From Patescibacteria group bacterium (GTDB lineage: Bacteria; Patescibacteriota; Microgenomatia; UBA10105; UBA927): a DNA stretch of 37,007 bases. Positions 24,596-31,065 of this stretch are shown here, in pieces. Each line of letters opens with the position of its first letter. Position 1 is the stretch's first letter. The DNA is taken from contig JBBTUC010000084.1 in assembly GCA_038078675.1 (NCBI GenBank), positions 1-37,007 of the forward strand, written 5' to 3'. The notes beneath the pieces were generated by a model. That model searched no databases. It worked only from the letters and a program-made list of their open reading frames with translations, and was not told the origin of the DNA. The position numbers and the translations under genes are program-made.

Positions 24596-26299
24596 ATGAA
24601 GAAATGGGAAATAGTAAACAAGTCAAAAGGTGATGACATAATCAAAATTCTTCTTGAAAATAGGGGACTCAAAACAAAAAAGGACATAGAATTATTTTTA
24701 AATCCTCCTGACCCCTCCAAACTTACTGCTTCTGACGTTGGCATAGACAAGGCCTCGTTGGTTAAGGCGATCACGCGTATCCAGAAAGCAATTCATGACA
24801 AAGAATCCATCGTGGTTTATGCCGATTACGATGCAGATGGTATCACGGCAGGCGCGATTATGTGGGAGGCGCTCCATAGCTTGGGTGCAAACGTTATGCC
24901 GTATATCCCTCATCGCGTGGAGGAGGGGTACGGGTTGTCTGTTAAGGGGATTGACGCGGTGCGGGAGCAGTTTGATCCATCTCTTATTATCACCGTTGAT
25001 CATGGCATTACAGCATGGGAAAAGGTGAAATATGCAAGAAGCCAAGGGATAGACGTCATTATCACCGATCACCACGTCAAACCCAAAAAACTCCCTGACT
25101 GCACTACTATCCATACGACGAAACTCTCCGGTGCCGGCGTCTCTTGGTTTTTGGCAAAGGAAGTTCTCGGAGTACTCAAAAGGCGTCACCCTGCTTGGCA
25201 GGGTGACGCCTTTATAGAATTGGCCGCCATTGGCACGATTGCCGATATGATGCCGCTTACCGGACCCAATCGGTCAATTGTTAAGTATGGGTTAGCTGCG
25301 ATTAATCTCACTACACGCGTTGGGCTCGAAGCACTTATTGCTGATGCAGGATTTACTAAAGGGGCACTGGATGTCTATACGGTTTCTCATGCGCTCGCCC
25401 CACGTCTCAACGCCATGGGCAGGCTCGAACACGCAATGGATGCACTCCGGCTCATTTGTACGAAGCAGGAAGTCAAAGCGAGACTGCTTGCCGGGAAATT
25501 GGGGTTGATTAACCGGCAGCGCCAAAAACTTACAGAAGAAACGCTTGTCCATGCGTTGAAAGGTCTCACCTTGCGTTGGCAAGGTGAGACCTTTTCAGAA
25601 TCTAAACTTATCTTTATCTCTCACGAATCCTACAATCAGGGAGTCATCGGTCTTGTGGCAGGCAAGCTCGTCGAAGAGTATTATCGTCCGGCGATAGTGG
25701 TGAGCAAGGGAGAGATCTTCAGTAAAGCCTCTGCACGGTCTATCAACGGATTTAATATAGTAGAGGCGATCCGTTCCTGCAGCGATATCCTCGTGGACGT
25801 GGGTGGTCACCCGATGGCCGCAGGATTTACTGTGGAAACGAAAAATCTGGCGGTACTGCAAGAACGGCTTGAAAAGCTTATAGAGAAAGAGCTTGATGAG
25901 GATAAACTCACCCGCACACTCAAAATAGATGCAGAGATTCCTTTAGACGATGTAACTCCGGAGTTATACAAAGAACTCCAAAAGCTTCAACCCTTCGGTT
26001 TTGGCAATCCCGAGCCGGTTTTTGCCACAAGAGATGTTGTGGTTAAGGAAACCCGCCTTGTGGGCGCTGACGGCAAACATCTTAAACTCCGCGTTTCTTC
26101 TTCTGTCAATCCTATTCTCACTGTCATCCCCGCGAAGGCGGGGATCCAATCTTTTTTGGACGCAATAGCCTTCAACTTCGGAAGCTTGTATGGAAAATTA
26201 CAGAATAATTCCATCGTCGACCTTGCCTACACCATCGACATGAACACCTGGAACGGCAATTCCCGCCTGCAGCTTAAAGTCAAAGATATACGCCTATAA
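24596..26299 (+). CDS. recJ: Single-stranded-DNA-specific exonuclease RecJ
   Basis: DHH motifs ADYDADGITA, VDHG and ITDHH, and the DHHA1 motif GGHPMAAG. Carries three in-frame hairpin-repeat insertions. Confidence 0.9.
   Translation: MKKWEIVNKSKGDDIIKILLENRGLKTKKDIELFLNPPDPSKLTASDVGIDKASLVKAITRIQKAIHDKESIVVYADYDADGITAGAIMWEALHSLGANVMPYIPHRVEEGYGLSVKGIDAVREQFDPSLIITVDHGITAWEKVKYARSQGIDVIITDHHVKPKKLPDCTTIHTTKLSGAGVSWFLAKEVLGVLKRRHPAWQGDAFIELAAIGTIADMMPLTGPNRSIVKYGLAAINLTTRVGLEALIADAGFTKGALDVYTVSHALAPRLNAMGRLEHAMDALRLICTKQEVKARLLAGKLGLINRQRQKLTEETLVHALKGLTLRWQGETFSESKLIFISHESYNQGVIGLVAGKLVEEYYRPAIVVSKGEIFSKASARSINGFNIVEAIRSCSDILVDVGGHPMAAGFTVETKNLAVLQERLEKLIEKELDEDKLTRTLKIDAEIPLDDVTPELYKELQKLQPFGFGNPEPVFATRDVVVKETRLVGADGKHLKLRVSSSVNPILTVIPAKAGIQSFLDAIAFNFGSLYGKLQNNSIVDLAYTIDMNTWNGNSRLQLKVKDIRL
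25179..25213. repeat. 16-bp-stem perfect hairpin inside recJ (encodes KRRHPAWQGDAF)
   Basis: AAAGGCGTCACCCTGC-ttg-GCAGGGTGACGCCTTT. Paralogous to 25568-25603. Confidence 0.85.
25568..25603. repeat. 16-bp-stem perfect hairpin inside recJ (encodes KGLTLRWQGETF)
   Basis: AAAGGTCTCACCTTGC-gttg-GCAAGGTGAGACCTTT. Same architecture and reading frame as 25179-25213. Confidence 0.85.
26123..26149. repeat. GTCAT-hairpin-ATCCAA element inside recJ, in frame (encodes VIPAKAGIQ)
   Basis: gtcatccccgcgaaggcggggatccaa. Same family, orientation and translated frame as the recX and miaB copies. Confidence 0.85.
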
Positions 26300-26382
26300 C
26301 TTCCTCTAAACTCCTCTAAAATCCTTTATGATGCCAAGCGGTTATTCAATGTTTCTTAAAGCGAAAGAGGTGCGGTCGCACG

Positions 26383-26601
26383 TTATTTTTGTGGGTAATA
26401 CAACGTAGTTGGCTCACCAGAAGAATCCCACACTACAACCGGCTTTACGGGTACCCATACGCTCTCTCCATTTCCATTTGTGACCGAAACGCAACTCACG
26501 CCGTTAGCATGTGCTCCTTCTACGGCTAACCCTTGTCGAGCAAGAGCTTCAATTACTTCATTTAGCGGCATACCAGATAGTGGATTAAGAGTTTCTGCCA
26601 T
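26383..26601 (-). CDS. Hypothetical 72-aa protein
   Basis: ORF-track entry with GGAGGTG RBS 7 nt upstream of the ATG. No recognisable motif. Confidence 0.5.
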   Translation of the reverse strand: MAETLNPLSGMPLNEVIEALARQGLAVEGAHANGVSCVSVTNGNGESVWVPVKPVVVWDSSGEPTTLYYPQK

Positions 26602-26738
26602 ATTTGTTCACCTCCTCTGTTATCCCAGTAAAACGCTTGCCGCTCCCGAGGGCTACGTCCTCGCGTCGCGGTGTCGCGTCTACGGGATTGATGGTTGCTA
26701 AGCTTGCGAATATGAATTCGCTCGCAAAGCAACACATC

Positions 26739-26881
26739 AAAAAAACCTCCCGACTTTGGGAGGTTCGTGTGATTTATAAAAGAAAAATTAAGCAGTCATC
26801 ACACGACCTCCCCCGCATCGGGCGGGGTTAATAAGGAGGACGTGAATAAACTGGTGACTATTCGTTTGCTGCATAGTATAA
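26739..26881 (-). promoter_or_regulatory. Attenuator-like leader (alternative helices + intrinsic terminator) with a 28-aa mini-ORF, upstream of the 72-aa gene
   Basis: All on the minus strand. Terminator is ACCTCCC-aaagtc-GGGAGGT followed by T7 (26764-26739). A competing 15-bp helix pairs GGGAGGTCGTGTGAT (26812-26798) with ATCACACGAACCTCCC (26773-26758). An upstream hairpin is CCCCGC/GCGGGG (26827-26811). The mini-ORF at 26874-26788 is MQQTNSHQFIHVLLINPARCGGGRVMTA. Candidate promoter: TTGACA (26917-26912), 18-nt spacer, TATAAA (26893-26888). Confidence 0.45.
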
Positions 26882-26910
26882 AAGATTTTTATATCATCTT
26901 ACGGCTCTAC

Positions 26911-26939
26911 TTGTCAAGAGGAAAAATGCGTGGTATAGT
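26911..26939 (+). promoter_or_regulatory. Candidate promoter of the T-box leader/aspS
   Basis: TTGTCA (26911-26916), 17-nt spacer, TATAGT (26934-26939). Its -35 overlaps the -35 of the divergent minus-strand promoter. Confidence 0.5.
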
Positions 26940-26945
26940 AGATGA

Positions 26946-27113
26946 AGAAAGCAAAAAAGCGATGACGGCTCAACAAGCCAGAGCATTGGGAAGAAATCCG
27001 TAAGGAAATTAGACCCCGACGGGTAAGCCCGTGATAGCAGAAATGAGTAAAGAAGGGTGGTACCTTCGCGACAATCAAGCGAACCCTGACGAGTATTATC
27101 GTCAGGGTTTATC
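26946..27113 (+). promoter_or_regulatory. T-box riboswitch leader of aspS
   Basis: T-box sequence AAGGGTGGTACC at 27053-27064. Antiterminator is AGGG[TGGTACC]TTCGC...GCGAA-CCCT (27054-27087) with the canonical 7-nt bulge. The competing terminator CCCTGACG-agtattat-CGTCAGGG plus a T-rich tail lies at 27084-27113. A GA/K-turn-like GATGAAGAAAG sits near the 5' end. The specifier codon was not resolved by eye. Confidence 0.8.
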
Positions 27114-27132
27114 TGTTATTATGGAGAATAAT

Positions 27133-28974
27133 ATGGAGAGAACGTTAGCCAAAGAGACATCATTGAAAGTTGGTAAAGAAATTCTCCTTCAAGGCTGGGT
27201 AAACACCCGCCGCGATCATGGGAAAATTGTTTTTTTGGATTTGCGTGACCGATCCGGTATTGTGCAGATGGTTACGACAAAGCCGATAGCCCTGTCGGTA
27301 GGCAAGGAAGACGTTATTGAAGTCGCTGGGTTTGTCAAAGAGCGCCCGGCCTCTATGGTCAACCCTAAGATTGCAACCGGCACGATTGAAGTGGAGGTCA
27401 AAAAGCTTAAAATTATTTCTCATGCCAAGGTGCTTCCATTTCCGATTGATACCGATGGAAAGGAAATCAATGAAGATGCTCGCATTAAATATCGCTACCT
27501 GGACCTGCGCCGTCCCAGGCTTCAGAAAAACATCCATCTTCGGTCAAAATTTGTTGACCTTGTGCGGCAATACTTGTTTTCACTGGATTTTACGGAAATC
27601 GAGACGCCGATGCTTTCTAAATCAACTCCTGAGGGGTCACGAGACTTCCTGGTTCCCTCCAGGCTTCAACCGGGTAAATTTTATGCATTGCCTCAGTCGC
27701 CGCAGCAATACAAACAACTATTGATGGTTGCGGGGTTTGAAAGATATTTTCAAATTGCCCGCTGTATGCGCGATGAAGATTTGCGTGCGGACCGGGGCTT
27801 TGAACATTCACAGATAGATATAGAAATGAGTTTTGTTGATCGCGAAGCAGTCATGGCGATGGACGAGGCAATGATGACGTCTGTGATGGAATCTTTGGGA
27901 TATACCATAAAACAAAAGCCATTTCCCGTCATAACCTACGCGCAGGCGATGAAAGAATACGGCGCAGATAAATTTGATATGCGTTCCCAAGAAGACAAGA
28001 AAAAAGGCATACTCGCCTTTGCGTGGGTCGTTGATTTCCCGTTTTTTGAGAAAACCCAGGAAGGTGGGTGGACATTCACTCATAATCCATTCTCGTCTCC
28101 TAAGACTGAACACAAAGAATGGCTGATCAATAAACAAAACGTCGGCGAAATTTTAACTACCCAATATGATTTGGTATGTAACGGCTGTGAAGTGGGCGGA
28201 GGAAGTATCCGAAGTCACGAGCCGGCGCTCTTGGAGTCCACCTTTGCAGTGATGGGCTATGAAAAGGAGAAAATCCATGAACAGTTCAGTCACATGCTTG
28301 AGGCATTCACTTATGGTGTTCCGCCCCATGGGGGACTGGCACACGGAATCGAACGACTCCTCATGACCATAACGCAGGAACCTTATCTTCGGGAAGTCGT
28401 GGCATTCCCACAAAGCGCGGGAGGCAAGACGAGTGTCATGGACGCTCCAAGTGTTGTGACCGAAGAACAACTTGGCGAACTGGGTATTTCAGTAATCGGC
28501 AAAAAAGGAAGTGTTTTTGAACGGATTGTTGAAGTTTTGAAGGTAGCCGGTGTTCCCTATAAAACATATGATCATGAGCCAGTGTATACATCGGAGCAGG
28601 CTGCAAAGATCCGTAAGACAGCTCTCCATACCGGACTAAAAGCATTGGTGATGTATACAGACGGAAAACCCGTTATGATTGCGGTCCCTGCTGATTATAA
28701 AGTTGACTTTAAGCGATTTAAAGAAGAATTTAAGGTCAAAGACTTGCGCATGGCAACGGCAGAGGAGGTCAAAAAAGTCGCTTTGGTACCCATAGGTGCA
28801 GTTCCGCCGTTTGGAGAAATTTTTGGAATTCCGTTATATGTAGACAAAAGTGTAAAAGAGAACAAAACCATTGTGTTTAATGCCGGGCTGCATACTCGGT
28901 CGATTTCACTGACAGAAACCGACTATGAAAAGGTGGCCAAACCTCTCATTGGCGAATTTTCCAAACCACTGTAA
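27133..28974 (+). CDS. aspS: Aspartyl-tRNA synthetase (bacterial type lacking the GAD insertion) fused to a C-terminal YbaK/ProX-type aminoacyl-tRNA editing domain
   Basis: OB-fold N-terminus (LLQGWVNTRRDHGKIVFLDLRD). Class II motifs FYALPQSPQ, FQIARCMRDEDLRADR and GGGSIR...GLAHGIERL. C-terminal ~155 aa (28507-28971) reads YDHEPVYTSEQAA...LKALVM...VPADYKVDFKRFK...GAVPPFG...VFNAG, resembling the YbaK/tRNA_edit domain. GGAG RBS supports the ATG at 27133; the ORF-track start at 27031 translates the T-box. Confidence 0.88.
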   Translation: MERTLAKETSLKVGKEILLQGWVNTRRDHGKIVFLDLRDRSGIVQMVTTKPIALSVGKEDVIEVAGFVKERPASMVNPKIATGTIEVEVKKLKIISHAKVLPFPIDTDGKEINEDARIKYRYLDLRRPRLQKNIHLRSKFVDLVRQYLFSLDFTEIETPMLSKSTPEGSRDFLVPSRLQPGKFYALPQSPQQYKQLLMVAGFERYFQIARCMRDEDLRADRGFEHSQIDIEMSFVDREAVMAMDEAMMTSVMESLGYTIKQKPFPVITYAQAMKEYGADKFDMRSQEDKKKGILAFAWVVDFPFFEKTQEGGWTFTHNPFSSPKTEHKEWLINKQNVGEILTTQYDLVCNGCEVGGGSIRSHEPALLESTFAVMGYEKEKIHEQFSHMLEAFTYGVPPHGGLAHGIERLLMTITQEPYLREVVAFPQSAGGKTSVMDAPSVVTEEQLGELGISVIGKKGSVFERIVEVLKVAGVPYKTYDHEPVYTSEQAAKIRKTALHTGLKALVMYTDGKPVMIAVPADYKVDFKRFKEEFKVKDLRMATAEEVKKVALVPIGAVPPFGEIFGIPLYVDKSVKENKTIVFNAGLHTRSISLTETDYEKVAKPLIGEFSKPL

Positions 28975-28987
28975 GCTATATATTGAG

Positions 28988-29986
28988 ATGTCAAAAGCAA
29001 AGAGTAGTTATCAGGGATCTCATCCGTGGATAAAAGCATCGTGGGGAAAGATGCTTTTTCTGATGGTGCTCGCCGGATTTTTCTTAGGGTACCCGGGGCA
29101 GCACCCGTATCTTTTTTGGCGCGATATTCCCAGACTGCAGGATCGCACTCTTCCATTTTTATTGCCGTCGCCCGCGCCGTATCCGAAAAACGCGACGGGC
29201 GTGTATCCCGGTGCAGAAGTGACCGCCGACGGGATCGTGATAGAGGACGTAGACTCGGGTGTCATACTCTACGAACGCAATAGTTCCCGGCCGTTTGCTC
29301 CCGCTTCAACGACCAAGATACTCTCGGCTCTGGTCGCCCTTGATATATATACACTTGATGATGTGCTGACGGTAAAAACTCTTATGAATAACGGTGCCAC
29401 CATGAAGCTTGTTCCCGGTGAGCGGATTACCGTAGAAAATCTTCTCTACGGGACGCTCATACAATCCGGCAACGACGCCGTGTATACATTGGCAGAAAAT
29501 TATCCCGGTGGGGTAGAGGCGTTTGTCGCATCCATGAACATAAAAGCCAAGGCAATTAATTTAGAACATTCTTCATTTACCAATCCCGTGGGGTTTGACG
29601 ATCCCAATCATAAAATGACGCCGATCGATCTTGTGCGTTTGGCCGCAGTAGCCCTTACGAATAAAACAATCGTCAAGATGGTTGCAATTCCTCAGATTAC
29701 GGTCTCCGATGTGACCCATACGTATTTCCATCCGCTGGTCAATGTGAATCAGCTTTTGGGTAAAATCCCCGGTGTGGGGGGCATTAAAACAGGTTGGACA
29801 GAGGAAGCAGGGGAGAATTTGGTCACACTCGTCGAACGGAATGGCCTGCCTGCCGGCAGGCAGGGCCATCGTATGATCGTTGTAGTCCTCAAAAGTAAAG
29901 ATCGCTTTGGTGACACGACGAAGCTTATTGACTGGGTATTTGGGAATTACCGTTGGGAGACGTTTACTCAGTCCACTCGGGAATGA
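28988..29986 (+). CDS. D-alanyl-D-alanine carboxypeptidase (serine-type, peptidase S11/PBP5-like)
   Basis: SxxK (ASTTK), SGN (QSGND) and KTG (IKTGWT) motifs, with an N-terminal TM/signal anchor. The ATG at 28988 follows the aspS stop. Confidence 0.85.
   Translation: MSKAKSSYQGSHPWIKASWGKMLFLMVLAGFFLGYPGQHPYLFWRDIPRLQDRTLPFLLPSPAPYPKNATGVYPGAEVTADGIVIEDVDSGVILYERNSSRPFAPASTTKILSALVALDIYTLDDVLTVKTLMNNGATMKLVPGERITVENLLYGTLIQSGNDAVYTLAENYPGGVEAFVASMNIKAKAINLEHSSFTNPVGFDDPNHKMTPIDLVRLAAVALTNKTIVKMVAIPQITVSDVTHTYFHPLVNVNQLLGKIPGVGGIKTGWTEEAGENLVTLVERNGLPAGRQGHRMIVVVLKSKDRFGDTTKLIDWVFGNYRWETFTQSTRE
29841..29869. repeat. Palindromic insertion inside the carboxypeptidase gene (encodes GLPAGRQGH)
   Basis: Perfect 20-nt palindrome CCTGCCTGCC|GGCAGGCAGG (29845-29864), flanked by ATGG / (G)CCAT. 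Confidence 0.8.
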
Positions 29987-31016
29987 TTGCGGGGACGAAT
30001 CCGAGAAAATTATTGTCTCCTTCAAACACGTATATTGGTTGTAAGTACATTTGCGGGTCAAAACTGTCGTAATACCCCAAATACACCTGTCGGACGGTAA
30101 TAGTGCTGCTTCCGTCTATTGAGTGTCGCGCGATATATCCCTTCCCGCTTTTCAATTCTTCCCACGCGGTGGCGCTTGGTTTGAGAGCATATGTACCTGT
30201 CGTTTCGTAGTCTATGGGCCAGAGGGTATAGGCAAATTGGACAATTTTTTTCTTATTGTCTTTCGATCCGGAAAATATAAACACCACCTGTCCTTCGTCC
30301 GGATTCGGGGTGAAGAGACGCAGTGAACTTACAGATTGTCGGAAAAAGTCGATGCGTATTGCATCTGCCTGTGAAAGACTCGTCGTGGGAATTAATTTAT
30401 CACCCACGAGTTTGAGAAATATAGCAATGGGAGTGCCTTTGGAAATATCCGGGGAATAGAGATTAAATGTTTGCATGAGGGACCTGCTTTCGGCGATCCC
30501 CGCATCCACTCCGGGGAGGTTTCTCTCTGAAAAAAGTCCGGTATCCTGCTCAAATCCATATCGTAAAATAAAGTTATTGGATACGATATCGTAGCGGAGC
30601 CTCCGTAGCGGGGTCGTGTCGTCATCAAATCGATAGACGGATTTACTTTCCTCAATGGGATTGGGGTTTAAGCCTAAACGTTTAGCAAATTCCTGCGTCT
30701 TAGTAAGCGCGAGTAAATTAGCCGCTTGTTTCGGCATGAAGTACACCACTGCCGAATTTGATGCCGCGGGAACTATACCCTCAATGGTTTCCAGGGTAAA
30801 CGTGAGCTGTCCGGATGGCGAGGATTCCGGGAATTTGATGGCCGGCAGCTTTCCAAACCGGAAATTCGGGGGTATTGGTTTGGGCGGGAAAAGATAGATC
30901 CACAAGACCATGAATATGCTGAAAGCAATGCGAAGTATGATATACATGATGACGGCGAGAATCATCCAGTTGATCGTCCGGCGTGTGTAGTAGGCAGTTT
31001 CAGTAAGATTAGCCAT
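29964..31016 (-). CDS. Hypothetical N-terminally membrane-anchored protein (~350 aa)
   Basis: Long ORF with one N-terminal TM helix (INWMILAVIMYIILRIAFSIFMVLWIYLF) and no catalytic motif recognised. The start could be 31016 (MANLTE) or 31055. Confidence 0.6.
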   Translation of the reverse strand: MANLTETAYYTRRTINWMILAVIMYIILRIAFSIFMVLWIYLFPPKPIPPNFRFGKLPAIKFPESSPSGQLTFTLETIEGIVPAASNSAVVYFMPKQAANLLALTKTQEFAKRLGLNPNPIEESKSVYRFDDDTTPLRRLRYDIVSNNFILRYGFEQDTGLFSERNLPGVDAGIAESRSLMQTFNLYSPDISKGTPIAIFLKLVGDKLIPTTSLSQADAIRIDFFRQSVSSLRLFTPNPDEGQVVFIFSGSKDNKKKIVQFAYTLWPIDYETTGTYALKPSATAWEELKSGKGYIARHSIDGSSTITVRQVYLGYYDSFDPQMYLQPIYVFEGDNNFLGFVPAIIPEWTE

Positions 31017-31065
31017 TGTACCTTTGAGTATACGTTCGTACGATGATAGAATCAATCATATAGGT

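Noticed and set aside
26853-27002. 49-codon plus-strand ORF starting GTG after AAGGAGG (26833-26839)
   Set aside because: It overlaps both candidate promoters and T-box Stem I. The spacing from the RBS-like AAGGAGG to the GTG (13 nt) is poor, and the AAGGAGG is better explained as the complement of minus-strand leader sequence.
27031-27132. Upstream GTG-initiated extension of aspS (MIAEMSKEGWYLRDNQ...)
   Set aside because: This stretch is the T-box antiterminator/terminator (GGGTGGTACC is translated as EGWY). A GGAG RBS and the conserved AspRS N-terminus support the ATG at 27133.
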